Shown: positions 46,643-56,504 of the stretch, in pieces | How the letters are laid out: each line of letters begins with the position of its first letter | Position numbering within the stretch: the first letter of the stretch is position 1 | IMG/VR virus record: IMGVR_UViG_3300028586_000021 | Span: 1-64,000 of that record | DNA from: an uncultured virus (IMG/VR IMGVR_UViG_3300028586_000021) | Taxonomy: Duplodnaviria > Heunggongvirae > Uroviricota > Caudoviricetes | Direction: 5' to 3' (one strand) | DNA length: 64,000 nt | Position numbers and translations under genes: made by a program | The notes under the pieces: generated by a model | What the model was told of the DNA's origin: nothing | The model's database searches: none | The model's input: the letters and a program-made list of their open reading frames with translations, nothing else

Positions 46643-47527
46643 TTATTGTGCTTTAACACCGGCGAGGCTAAGCATTCTGATTGTAGCTAGACCCTGTTTT
46701 GCGACTGGTTCTGCTTTAACTTCCTTAGTACCTTCCTCGAGAGTGTCACCAGTCTTAACGACGTTGGCGGTCTCTTTTGACTCGGTCAAGGTGTTTTTCT
46801 CTTGGACGTCTTCTTTAAGAATACGGCCGACGAAACGGTTGTACGCTTCTTGTAGCTTGCTGGTTTCTACATTTTGTAGAATCAGAGCCATTTGTTCGCG
46901 CTTGACACCTGATAGAGGTGCTAGAACTTCATCTAGTTTCTTAACGCGGTTTGCTTTCTTTTCAGCCTGTTCTGATTCGAATAGACGGGTTTCTGCATCT
47001 GAAAGCTTGTCTTCTAGAACTGAAATCTTCTTGAAGAGTGAGTCTTCGTCAACGAATGACTTGTTGAATTCGGACATGAAGGATTCGAAAATCTTACGAC
47101 CAAACTGATTTTCTTTGACAACTTCAAGGTCATCCTTGAATTCTGACATTTCTTCTTCGATACGGTACTCGAGGAAGGTGTCTAGCTTGTCAACGATCTG
47201 ATCTAGTTCTTCGCCTAGCTTTTCAGCTAGAGCTTTCTTTTCTTCAACTAGCTTAGCTGCCATTTCGACTTCTAGATCGCGGAAAGCTGCGACGTCGTCT
47301 GAGAATTCAGCCATTTCTTCCTTTAGCAAAGCTTCGAGTTTTTCATCGATGCTTTCAACTAGAGCTTCACGATCTTTGGTGTACTGTTCAACTAGCTCAG
47401 CACGGACTTCCAAAGCAAGTTCTTCACGCATCGCTTGAACGCCAGCTTGGAACTGTTCAGTGATTTGAGCTTTAGTGTCTTCGCTAAGGAGTTCAGATTC
47501 CAACAGTTTGTTTAGAATTTCTTCCAT
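46643..47527 (-). CDS. gp22: Prohead core scaffolding protein
   Basis: Acidic coiled coil upstream of the capsid gene; FGRKIFESF. Confidence 0.85.
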   Translation of the reverse strand: MEEILNKLLESELLSEDTKAQITEQFQAGVQAMREELALEVRAELVEQYTKDREALVESIDEKLEALLKEEMAEFSDDVAAFRDLEVEMAAKLVEEKKALAEKLGEELDQIVDKLDTFLEYRIEEEMSEFKDDLEVVKENQFGRKIFESFMSEFNKSFVDEDSLFKKISVLEDKLSDAETRLFESEQAEKKANRVKKLDEVLAPLSGVKREQMALILQNVETSKLQEAYNRFVGRILKEDVQEKNTLTESKETANVVKTGDTLEEGTKEVKAEPVAKQGLATIRMLSLAGVKAQ

Positions 47528-47684
47528 AAAAGTGTCTCCTTTTTCTTATATGATTCGACATGATTATTTATAGAGGTGCGGAAAATTTCTTGTGGATTTT
47601 TCTGGCACCTCACACATTAACAACAATCATGGAACCGTTGTTGTTAAATATTTATAGAGAATCTGAAAATTCTCCTGACATTTT

Positions 47685-47861
47685 TTACTCGGTGACGGCT
47701 TTGTTCGACTCATCAACTTTAGCAGTTGGAGCAGCGGTAGCTGGAGTAACGATTTCACGCATCTTCACTTGGAGATACTGGTGGAAGTCCACAGTTGCTT
47801 CTTCGTCGCGGTCGTGAACCATGTTGGTTAGCATTGACTTGAGGTATTCTTTCTTGTCCAT
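47685..47861 (-). CDS. Small prohead-core-like protein (58 aa, not in the ORF track)
   Basis: AGGAG RBS and TATAAATA upstream; MDKKEYLKSMLTNMVHDRDEEATVDFHQYLQVKMREI... Confidence 0.65.
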   Translation of the reverse strand: MDKKEYLKSMLTNMVHDRDEEATVDFHQYLQVKMREIVTPATAAPTAKVDESNKAVTE

Positions 47862-47931
47862 CTTGATGACTCCTATTTGTTATAGTGTTTGTGTAATGAT
47901 ATTTATAGTGCGAAAAAACGCACTATTGTTA

Positions 47932-48501
47932 TCACGAGAATTTTTTCACTTCGACATAGCCCAAGCTATCAAAAAGTTTTTTCAACTTTTCTTTATCCTT
48001 GTTATGGAGTGTGATGATAGTGAATCCATCTTCGCTGAAATAGTCTTCGTCGATGTTCAACGCTTTGATTTTAGCAGCCAATGCAGAAGGCATCTTTGCC
48101 ATCTTCAAATCAAACTGAATAGCATCATCGTAATTTTCTACATCGGAATCTTCGATTCTGTACTCGATAGTTCCTGCTTCTGATAGGAATGCTTTGAAGG
48201 TGAGCTTGCGTGGAGCAGCTGACTCTTTCACTGCTTCCTTCTTTTCCTTCTTAGGTTCCTCTTTAGGTTCTTCCTTCTTTTCCTTCTTCGGCTCTTCCTT
48301 CTTTGGTTCGTCGTCTTTGCCGACGACGATCTTCAAGGACTTCAACGCACCATTGACGATACGTTTAGCTTCAGCTGGAGTCGGATGCTCAGGAAGAGAA
48401 TCCGCCATGTCGTTTAGGTGACGCACGAGCTTAGCTTTGTCTGATGAGGACAAGCCCTCCATTTCGTCGATCATGCTTCTTACTTTTCCTGGCATCTTCA
48501 T
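47932..48501 (-). CDS. Hypothetical head-module protein with a KEEP low-complexity linker
   Basis: EPKKEEPKKEKKEEPKEEPKKEKKE; LTFKAFLSE motif. Confidence 0.7.
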   Translation of the reverse strand: MKMPGKVRSMIDEMEGLSSSDKAKLVRHLNDMADSLPEHPTPAEAKRIVNGALKSLKIVVGKDDEPKKEEPKKEKKEEPKEEPKKEKKEAVKESAAPRKLTFKAFLSEAGTIEYRIEDSDVENYDDAIQFDLKMAKMPSALAAKIKALNIDEDYFSEDGFTIITLHNKDKEKLKKLFDSLGYVEVKKFS

Positions 48502-48516
48502 TTTCAGTTCCTTAAA

Positions 48517-48789
48517 TTATTTTACTTTGGAGCACTTTTGCAGTGGAACGCGACCGTTGTCCTGAACGTTCTGATCAAACTTAGGATTGGTAGCGCCAAA
48601 CTGAATGTGGGCGTAAGCATCGCTCCAAAGGGTTTTGATCTCGCCTTCAAATGTGACTGGCGGCTTCGATTCAACGTCTTGCACTGAAACACGATCGCCA
48701 ACTTTGAAGCCGTTTAGTTCGTTGACTTTGGTTGCGGTTGATTCGACTAGGGGGATGCCAGCTAGTTGGCACATACGATTTAGGTTCAT
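48517..48789 (-). CDS. Small head-module protein (SH3-like)
   Basis: FKVGDRVSV...GEI; N-terminal RMCQLAGIPLVES. Confidence 0.65.
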   Translation of the reverse strand: MNLNRMCQLAGIPLVESTATKVNELNGFKVGDRVSVQDVESKPPVTFEGEIKTLWSDAYAHIQFGATNPKFDQNVQDNGRVPLQKCSKVK

Positions 48790-48791
48790 GA

Positions 48792-49418
48792 TTAACGACC
48801 GGTTAGTGCGGCGATGAACGCAGCGATTTCTTTTGTTAGGTATTTCTGAGCAGCTTGATCGTGAATGACAGCTTCAGCTAGGGTTTTTAGTTCCTTGCCG
48901 TTCTTTGCCATTTCGAGGCTTTCGCGGATTGATTCTGGGTAAGCGTCTGGTGCTGATGGGGTAGCGACGATGTCAACGGTTAGGAAGTTGAAGCCGTTCA
49001 CTTTGCCTTCGGTCACTGAACCACTACCGCGTGATGACACGCCTAGCTTTAGACCACCGTCGAGTAGGTTCTTAGCGAGCACACCCATTGGGGTGTTTAG
49101 TAGCTTCATTTTGCCGACAGCGTTGTTGCCGTCCATGCGGATTTCGGTGATGACGTGTGAGACACGCTCAAGGTTGATTTGAAGATCGTTCGGGTGATTT
49201 AGTTCACCAGCAATGAAGTGACCTTCGGTGATACGCTTCTGCGCATAGTCAACAGCGGCAGCGATCTCGTTTAGAGGATAGATACGGCCGTTGCCGTTCT
49301 GTAGTTCAGCTTGCATGAAGATGCCATTGAGGTAATGGTTCTTACCATCGCTGGTGCTTTCTTCGATGATCTTAGCCTGATTTGGCGCTAGATTTTCGAT
49401 TAGTACGAGTTGGCTCAT
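48792..49418 (-). CDS. gp21: Prohead protease
   Basis: GIFMQA..NGNGRIYP, GELNHP, GVSSRGSG, DIVATPSAP. Confidence 0.95.
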   Translation of the reverse strand: MSQLVLIENLAPNQAKIIEESTSDGKNHYLNGIFMQAELQNGNGRIYPLNEIAAAVDYAQKRITEGHFIAGELNHPNDLQINLERVSHVITEIRMDGNNAVGKMKLLNTPMGVLAKNLLDGGLKLGVSSRGSGSVTEGKVNGFNFLTVDIVATPSAPDAYPESIRESLEMAKNGKELKTLAEAVIHDQAAQKYLTKEIAAFIAALTGR

Positions 49419-49440
49419 GTGATATGTCCTTTTGAGTTAT

Positions 49441-49474
49441 AGTTCGGTACTGATATTTATTTCAGTACCGAACT
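49441..49474 (-). promoter_or_regulatory. Late promoter AATAAATA forming the loop of a 13-bp perfect inverted repeat
   Basis: AGTTCGGTACTGA-TATTTATT-TCAGTACCGAACT. Confidence 0.65.
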
Positions 49475-49487
49475 TTTTTCTTTATTT

Positions 49488-51137
49488 TTAGCTTTCTGCT
49501 GCAGCTTTACCAGATGGTGGAGCTGGTTCTTCCTCTGGAGCATCAGTTTCAACGCTGTCGTCTGGTAGACCACCGTCGTCTGAACCGGTGTCCTCTTCAC
49601 CTTCCTCACCTTCCATGTCCATATCTCCTTCACCTTCTTCCGGTGCTTCATACTTCACCGGCTCGCGGTTTTCGTAGAATGCTGGATCGTAGAACATTTG
49701 TAGGTCAGTGATGTCTTCAAACTCTGCAGTTTCAGGCACTTTACGTTCTTGACGTAGCAACGCTTCGTTAGTCTGAATCTTGTCTTCATCCCATCCTAGG
49801 TAGTCACGTAGAGCAACACGTTTGGAAATGAATGGTACTTCTTGGATCGAGTTGAACGTAGCAACAAGGTCAGCGTTAAGTGAAGCCTGACGATATAGCG
49901 CGAAGTTCTGTGGATCAGGTAGTTTCAGCTTAAACAGATTTGGATCAACTTTGATGTTTGAATGTTCTAAGTAAACTTTGAACTCATGATCGAACACCTT
50001 CTCCAACTTGTTTTGCAGACGCTTAACGAAGTTTGCGAAGCGCAATTCTTCGATGTAAGCGATACCGACTTTACCGTCATTGACCTGTGCACCTTGGGCA
50101 TCAGCACCCTTCATGTACGAGGTTGGAACACGTAGACCGCGGAACACTTTCTCTTGGAAGTATAGCAAGTCACCGTTCTCACCTAGCTGATCGCCGCCTG
50201 GTAGGGTTTCAACACGTGAACCACGACCATTTGCTGACGTCGAGAAGAAGTAATCTTCAGCTGCCGAAATTGGGTTATAGACTGAGTCAATCGAATCTTG
50301 TCCATCTTGTCCATTCGGGATACGCTTCTGACGAACTTCGTTCTTCACGCTCTCTAGGTACTGCTTCACCTTGTGAGCAGGCATGTTACCAGTATCGATG
50401 TAGAACACACGACGTTCCGGTGCACGAACCACACGGTAGATAACGATCGAGTCTTCCAACAGACCTAGCTGTTTGAAAGCTTTGGTCACGCTCTGTAGAA
50501 CTGATTCACCGAATGGAGCAGATTCACCCATATCGTCGGACAAAGTAAAGTGAACGATACCTTCTTTTGGAATGACTTCGACCTCGTCGTAAGAGCCCTT
50601 CTTGTTATCGTTCTTGCGAAGGTGGTAAGCCACGATTTCGCCTTTGTTGTCCATCTCGATACCAATCACTTCGGTTGGCTCAACGAACACCCATTTCTTG
50701 TGGTCGGAGAACTTACGGAAGAAGCAGTCGCCGAACTTAATCGCATAACGTGCCGTACGGAAGATTCGGTTCTCCAAGTCTTGTACGTCAGCCCAGTGGC
50801 GTAGTGCAGCCTTCACGGTCATGACGATCGACTCTTTAACTTCCTTGTTGTCGTCGTTTTGATAGTGAATGTTGAATGGAAGTTCGGTTTGATCGTCCTT
50901 AGTCGAAATTTCTTCCGCAATGGTATCCAATGCGCGAGAGATGTCAACGTCAGCATCCATCATGTTGTACTGGTTATAGCGAGTCATACGCGTACCAGCA
51001 CCCTTCATCACTTGGGTGTACCAGCTGAAGTTTGCAATGGTCGCTTCGTTATTCGCATCATACGAATCGCGAGCGACATATGCATCCTTTGGAGGAGCTG
51101 GCTTAATAATTTTGTAGTACTGAGTCCACTGTCCCAT
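49488..51137 (-). CDS. gp20: Portal protein
   Basis: LEDSIVIYRVVRAPERRVFYIDTGNMP, EDYFF, VETLPGG, EELRFANFV. Confidence 0.96.
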   Translation of the reverse strand: MGQWTQYYKIIKPAPPKDAYVARDSYDANNEATIANFSWYTQVMKGAGTRMTRYNQYNMMDADVDISRALDTIAEEISTKDDQTELPFNIHYQNDDNKEVKESIVMTVKAALRHWADVQDLENRIFRTARYAIKFGDCFFRKFSDHKKWVFVEPTEVIGIEMDNKGEIVAYHLRKNDNKKGSYDEVEVIPKEGIVHFTLSDDMGESAPFGESVLQSVTKAFKQLGLLEDSIVIYRVVRAPERRVFYIDTGNMPAHKVKQYLESVKNEVRQKRIPNGQDGQDSIDSVYNPISAAEDYFFSTSANGRGSRVETLPGGDQLGENGDLLYFQEKVFRGLRVPTSYMKGADAQGAQVNDGKVGIAYIEELRFANFVKRLQNKLEKVFDHEFKVYLEHSNIKVDPNLFKLKLPDPQNFALYRQASLNADLVATFNSIQEVPFISKRVALRDYLGWDEDKIQTNEALLRQERKVPETAEFEDITDLQMFYDPAFYENREPVKYEAPEEGEGDMDMEGEEGEEDTGSDDGGLPDDSVETDAPEEEPAPPSGKAAAES

Positions 51138-51193
51138 GTGTCTCCCTATGTATTTGTTATATGGATTTATTTATCAGCTCAAAAATGCCGACA

Positions 51194-54100
51194 TTACATC
51201 GGCATGTTTAGGAAGGTAGATAACGATGGGGCATAACCATCAGTGCCCATTTGTGGGGTTGTGCCTAAGCGCTGGCGGGTTGAAGTCAGTTTGAAATCTT
51301 CTTGCGCTAGCTTGTAGTTCTTATCTGTGATTTCCACCAACTCGGTCACTTTTGTCAGGATGCTACCCAACAAAGTTTCTTCAGCAGTCTTGGTAGGCTG
51401 GCTTGGAGTAGGTGAACTACCGCTTCCGCCTGAAGCGCCGCCTGGGGCCGCTTGCGGTGCACCAGATGGATTATCAACTGAAGGAGTTCCTGATGAAGCA
51501 GGAGACGCCTGAACGCCTTGAGCAGCCAATTGGTCGCGAGTCAGAGCTTCGCCATGCTGGTTGACCAATCCAAGATTGTCAGTAGCAGGTGTTGGTGCTG
51601 TACCTTGAACAGTTGAATTGCCGTTGCGATCTTCTTCATGCTGATCACTCTTGCTCTTCTTATCACGTGCTGCTTTCTTAGCTTCACGTTCCTTACGCTT
51701 CTTAGCTTCTTCTGGCGTATCAGTGTCGGAGAACTTCGTATCAGTCGATGCGAAGCCAATCAATCCACCATTTGCTGATTCAGCTTTCAACTTAGCAAAG
51801 CCTTCACGAGCAGATTTGCCACCAGCCCAATCAGGAATCAAATTGATCATGCCTTCGATCAAATCGGAACCGACCTTAATAGCACCCTTCATAAGCGCCG
51901 TGCCCATGAACTGAACACCCTTCACGAGGCTGCGTAGGATAGTATTTACGATACCACCATCGCCACCTTCTCCGGTAAACGCTGCGATCCAGGTCGATGG
52001 GCTCAATGCATCGGTGATTGCGCCGCCAATCCAACCCATGACTGATTTGAACGCGTCGTATAGGGCTGGGATACCGTTGTTGACAATCCACTCAACTGCG
52101 CCTTCAGCATAGTCAGTGATGATTTGTACGCCATCGGTAGCAACGTCGTTTAGCAAGCGAGCTGTACCATCTGTCGGGATCAAACCAAACGATAGTGTAT
52201 TTAATGCACCAGCAATACCAGCAGAAATCTTTTGCGCAGAGGTAAGGGCTGTTTTCTTGGTGTCAACGCCGAAGATTTCTGCAGCACGATTAACGCCATC
52301 CATTGCACCTTTTAGGCCTTCAATTGCAGCCACCGCAACACCGAGGAATGGAACCGCCTTAGCGCCAAGCGACATGATGCCACCCATAGCTCTACTTGCT
52401 CCACCTGCAACCGCACCTGCTGCTGAACGCGCACCACCAGCGACTGCACCAACTGTAGCTGAACCGGCACGTCCAAGCGCACCAACTGTTCTTCCAGGTG
52501 CTGACTCCATTGCGCGTCGAGTAATACGATCGCCAAAGCCATTGACGCTGTCGACCATTTGCTGACGGCGTTGGGACGATGCTTCACGGACACGATGCAA
52601 AGCGCCTTGAGTGCGGCGGCCGGTACGTTCACGAGCGTCATCAATACGATCAGCAAGAGTGCGAGCACGTGGTGGGGCTGGTGGGCCTTGCAATGCGTTG
52701 TCACGTTCGATACGAGCTTGAACCTTCTTGCGGTTCTCTTCGATCTTCTGTTGAAGTGTTTGCGAACCAATGCTTGTACTATTTTCCAAACCCGCCTTGC
52801 GACGTTCTTTGAACGCCTTATCAGCTTGAATTTGACGGGTTATCTGCTGATGACCTGGCAAACCTGCTTCTTGATATTGCTGCTTAGGCGTCCAACCATG
52901 CTTCTTAGCAACTTGACCCATTTGCGATGAGAAGCGATCAGGGTCTTGGACTACTGATCCAGGGCGTGCGCCAACTTTGCCGTTACCTTTTTTGCCAGGC
53001 TTCTTATCGCCATCCGCATCAGTGCCACTAGTCTTGTTCTTTTTGTCGGGGCCGTCATCATCGTCACGATCCTTCTTCTTACCAAGCTTAGCGAAGTTCT
53101 TTGCCAAGAGGTAGCCGATACCAAGGACACCAACTAGAATTTTAGTTAATGGACTTTGAAGGATTTGGCCAACAGATTCAATCTTAGCTGAAACGCTAGC
53201 AATCTCTGCAGGGACGCGACCGATTGCCTTGTTGGCTTCTACTTCACCAGGAGTCATGCCGCGATCTAGGTTCGCCTCGCGCATTGAGTCCTTCATTCCG
53301 GTCAGTGCTTGGGATGCTTCATCAGCGTACTCACCTAGGATTTGTGAGTTGAGGTCGCCTTTACCAGCAAGCGCATCAGTCTTTGAGGTTAGCTCGCGTG
53401 AGAAGTCCGCCATGAACTTAGCATTCTCTGGGTCCTTCATCGCTGCACGGCCACGTTGTAGGATCGAAGCTGCCTTCGCGGCTTTTGCTGGGTCCATACC
53501 AACAGCAGATGCGGCCGCCATAGCGCCAGCGCTAGCATCCAAACGATCAGCTACTTTGCTGTTCTGAATTTGCTGGAAGGTCTTGATGACATTGATCGCA
53601 GCTTCGTTGGTCAAGCCCATGGTAACTAGACGCTTACGTTCCATGTTGATGCTCTGCACCATTTGGACACGCTGTGCCTTATTCAAGCTCGACATGATCT
53701 TGGTGGAATCGTTGTCCATCAAGATAGCTTTAGTCTGTGCGGCCAATGCTTCGATTGATTCACCGGTCACTGCACGTAGGTGCTCGTAGTCCGCGATCTG
53801 TGCATTTGTCGCTTTTGACAAGGCCGCCTTATCGCGCATATCAACGCCCGTTAGGAACGCGACTTGATTCATCTCAGCACGAGCTTTAGCTGCTTGTTCG
53901 GTGGTGAGACCGAGCTGCATCAACTGTTGCTGCGATTCTTTTAGCGAGTCAGTAAAGCCACGCAGTCCCATCTTACCGACAAGCTTCATGTTAGCTTGGG
54001 TGATGTTGGTTAGCGACTGTAGCGAGATGCCAAGATTGATTGCAGTCATCGACAGTTGGACGAACGCTCCACCAAAACCAGCAGATGCGGTTTCCCAATA

Positions 54101-54949
54101 TTGCTTGTATGCTTCCTTAGCACCAGTAACGATGACCGCCATCGAGCCAGCAAGAGTCGCGGCTTCGTGAGTGATGCCTGATCGGATTGCTAGTGTTGCT
54201 TTTTCCACGCCATCGCGTAGACCATCAGTGACACGTTGTAGGCCACCGAACGAGGTCGAAGTGCGGCGAATGGAGGTACGGATGATGTTTGCGTTACGAG
54301 CTTCATCGTCTAGGGTACGAGCCGCACGAGTGAACTCGTTCTTGCGGATCATCTCCTGGACTTCATCCGACAGGACCATTTCCTTGTTTAGCTTTTGTAG
54401 AGCCTTACGAAGTTTGTCATTATCGGTAATGCTTGATAGGGATTGCTCGCCAATCTCTTTTAGGATTTCGCCGTACTGACCAAGGAACTTGCCAGTCTCT
54501 TCTAGCTTCTCTTCGAGGAATTCTGCTTTCTTACCAGCATTCGCCATGGATTGTCCCATGAACGAGTAATGGCGAATGCTGTTGTTGATCGATTCGATAA
54601 GGTCTTTTTGTGCCTTCTTCGATAGATCGCCGCTCTTGATCATGCCACGAGTAGCATCATCTTGAGCTTCGTACAGGTCTCTTAGAGTTTTGGTGGTGTT
54701 GCTAAAGCCGCGACGTAGGGCATTAATTTCCTTTTCAACATCCCTAGCGGTGTTGCTAAGATTTTTGAAATTCTTTTGCGCTTCCTTAGTATCTACTTGA
54801 TCCTTAGGTTTGGCGCGGCCACCACCAGTGCTAGAGCCAGGACGCCCGCTACCACCAAGATTATCCATCTTGGCGACCAATTGATTAATCGCTTTGCTCA
54901 AGTCACTGATGACTCGGCTCATGTCTGGTGTTCTGTCGGAACTCGCCAT
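51194..54949 (-). CDS. Probable tape measure / baseplate hub protein
   Basis: 1251 aa, helical Ala/Gly-rich with hydrophobic segments, near gp26/gp51-like genes. Confidence 0.65.
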   Translation of the reverse strand: MASSDRTPDMSRVISDLSKAINQLVAKMDNLGGSGRPGSSTGGGRAKPKDQVDTKEAQKNFKNLSNTARDVEKEINALRRGFSNTTKTLRDLYEAQDDATRGMIKSGDLSKKAQKDLIESINNSIRHYSFMGQSMANAGKKAEFLEEKLEETGKFLGQYGEILKEIGEQSLSSITDNDKLRKALQKLNKEMVLSDEVQEMIRKNEFTRAARTLDDEARNANIIRTSIRRTSTSFGGLQRVTDGLRDGVEKATLAIRSGITHEAATLAGSMAVIVTGAKEAYKQYWETASAGFGGAFVQLSMTAINLGISLQSLTNITQANMKLVGKMGLRGFTDSLKESQQQLMQLGLTTEQAAKARAEMNQVAFLTGVDMRDKAALSKATNAQIADYEHLRAVTGESIEALAAQTKAILMDNDSTKIMSSLNKAQRVQMVQSINMERKRLVTMGLTNEAAINVIKTFQQIQNSKVADRLDASAGAMAAASAVGMDPAKAAKAASILQRGRAAMKDPENAKFMADFSRELTSKTDALAGKGDLNSQILGEYADEASQALTGMKDSMREANLDRGMTPGEVEANKAIGRVPAEIASVSAKIESVGQILQSPLTKILVGVLGIGYLLAKNFAKLGKKKDRDDDDGPDKKNKTSGTDADGDKKPGKKGNGKVGARPGSVVQDPDRFSSQMGQVAKKHGWTPKQQYQEAGLPGHQQITRQIQADKAFKERRKAGLENSTSIGSQTLQQKIEENRKKVQARIERDNALQGPPAPPRARTLADRIDDARERTGRRTQGALHRVREASSQRRQQMVDSVNGFGDRITRRAMESAPGRTVGALGRAGSATVGAVAGGARSAAGAVAGGASRAMGGIMSLGAKAVPFLGVAVAAIEGLKGAMDGVNRAAEIFGVDTKKTALTSAQKISAGIAGALNTLSFGLIPTDGTARLLNDVATDGVQIITDYAEGAVEWIVNNGIPALYDAFKSVMGWIGGAITDALSPSTWIAAFTGEGGDGGIVNTILRSLVKGVQFMGTALMKGAIKVGSDLIEGMINLIPDWAGGKSAREGFAKLKAESANGGLIGFASTDTKFSDTDTPEEAKKRKEREAKKAARDKKSKSDQHEEDRNGNSTVQGTAPTPATDNLGLVNQHGEALTRDQLAAQGVQASPASSGTPSVDNPSGAPQAAPGGASGGSGSSPTPSQPTKTAEETLLGSILTKVTELVEITDKNYKLAQEDFKLTSTRQRLGTTPQMGTDGYAPSLSTFLNMPM

Positions 54950-55029
54950 TTGTTATGCCCTATTGGAGAAATTAAGTCTATGTCATATTTATTGAATTTC
55001 AGCCATCCTGAAAGTTGATAAATATTCAC

Positions 55030-55443
55030 ATGGCAAATGCAAATCACAAAACATCCGCAAGCAAAGATGGTCGCCTAAAGACGGAAGACTTGGTCTTCGA
55101 TCCTAAGAAAATGACCTTCAACGACTTCATCGCGAACAATGCGGTGATGATGCTTCCGGGTATCAGTACGAAGATGCTCACGATGGGAGGATTGCGCCTA
55201 GGGCTACTACCACCATTGGCACAAGAGTATTTCGTCAGATGGTTGTTCGAAGTCAACAGGCGGCGCCTGGAACAAGGCTTGGAGCTGATGGTGACATACG
55301 ACATCATCAAGCAATGTCCTTTGTGGAAGGTTATCCCAATGCCTTACCGCAACATCAAGATGACTAAAGAATCTGTCGCTGCATTGGACAAGCTCATTCC
55401 GCCTGAAAAGAGACTCAAATTTCAGGCCATCAATAAGAAATAA
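55030..55443 (+). CDS. Hypothetical protein
   Basis: ATG 55030 just after late promoter GATAAATA (55017-55024). Confidence 0.65.
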   Translation: MANANHKTSASKDGRLKTEDLVFDPKKMTFNDFIANNAVMMLPGISTKMLTMGGLRLGLLPPLAQEYFVRWLFEVNRRRLEQGLELMVTYDIIKQCPLWKVIPMPYRNIKMTKESVAALDKLIPPEKRLKFQAINKK

Positions 55444-55479
55444 ATATAGCAGTCAACTACACAATAAGGAATATTCTCA

Positions 55480-56277
55480 ATGGAACAAGTCACTCCATCA
55501 GCAAATCCGCTGATGTCCAAAATCAAAATGCCAGGTCGTATCTTCCGACTACCATCTGGTGGCTATCTTTACAAGAATGGCGAGCTAAGCGAGTCATGCA
55601 AGGATGGTGAGGTTCATGTTCGCCCAATGTCGGCACTAGCCGAAATCAAGATGAAGAATCCTGATATGCTATTCTCAGGCCAAGCCGTTCGTGAAGTCCT
55701 AGCAGAATGCGTCGAAGAAATCAAGAAGCCAGATGAACTATTCGGTCGTGACGTTGATGCGCTAATGTGCTTCCTACGTGTGGTTACCTATGGTCCAGAG
55801 TTCCGCATCGAAGCAGACCATGGCTGCCAACCAGATTCAAGCGTGCATGGCTATGTGATCGACATCGAAGGCATCATCAACGCTATTCGTCAACTCGACC
55901 CAACCACTATCGGACAGCGCTATGCGGTCAATCTGCCAAATGGTCAGGTCGTAACGCTAGACCCAATTCGCTTCAAGACCGTCGTGGAATTGATGCAAGC
56001 AAATAACAAGGACCTACCTACTGCTGAAGACATTCAGCGTAACATGATCCAGAACTTGCTGAACATGATCGCTGACATCGATGGCATCACCGATAAGGCA
56101 ATGATTCAGGAATGGATCGTCAGCGCTCCAGCGCCATACATTGGCGCTATCGCTAATGCATTGGATACCTCAAATGAATGGGGTCCTAAGTTTGAACAAG
56201 AAGTCGTGTGCCGTGATTGCGGCCAAAAGATGATTGTTGAACTGCCACTTAATCCAGTAAATTTTTTTTCAGGATAA
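55480..56277 (+). CDS. gp26: Baseplate hub assembly protein (gp26-like)
   Basis: LPSGG..Y, RPM...EI, D.DAL...LR..TYG, C-terminal CRDC...LNP..FF. Confidence 0.8.
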   Translation: MEQVTPSANPLMSKIKMPGRIFRLPSGGYLYKNGELSESCKDGEVHVRPMSALAEIKMKNPDMLFSGQAVREVLAECVEEIKKPDELFGRDVDALMCFLRVVTYGPEFRIEADHGCQPDSSVHGYVIDIEGIINAIRQLDPTTIGQRYAVNLPNGQVVTLDPIRFKTVVELMQANNKDLPTAEDIQRNMIQNLLNMIADIDGITDKAMIQEWIVSAPAPYIGAIANALDTSNEWGPKFEQEVVCRDCGQKMIVELPLNPVNFFSG

Positions 56278-56321
56278 TTAAAGGCGGGAATGGTGAGCAA
56301 ATCGGTTCCTATATTGCTCAA

Positions 56322-56504
56322 TTGGGAAGCGAGACACGAGCCATTCTCCGTTCAGCAACCGAATTGGTGTACTACATGCGAGGTGGCTTGTCATATACCG
56401 AGGTGATGGCTATGAGTGCAGGTGAGCGAGAGGTAGTTGCTTCATTCATCAATAAGGCAATGAAGAACGCGAAAGATGACCCACGCACTGTGATCATGCT
56501 TTAA
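56322..56504 (+). CDS. Baseplate hub assembly catalyst-like ORF (gp51-like), possibly expressed by -1 frameshift from gp26
   Basis: YYMRGGLSY.E..AMS..ERE; frame is open from 56253; TTG start lacks a clear RBS. Confidence 0.65.
   Translation: MGSETRAILRSATELVYYMRGGLSYTEVMAMSAGEREVVASFINKAMKNAKDDPRTVIML

Noticed and set aside
48230..48315. Tandem DNA repeat
   Set aside because: Explained by the KEEP low-complexity linker of the 47932-48501 protein
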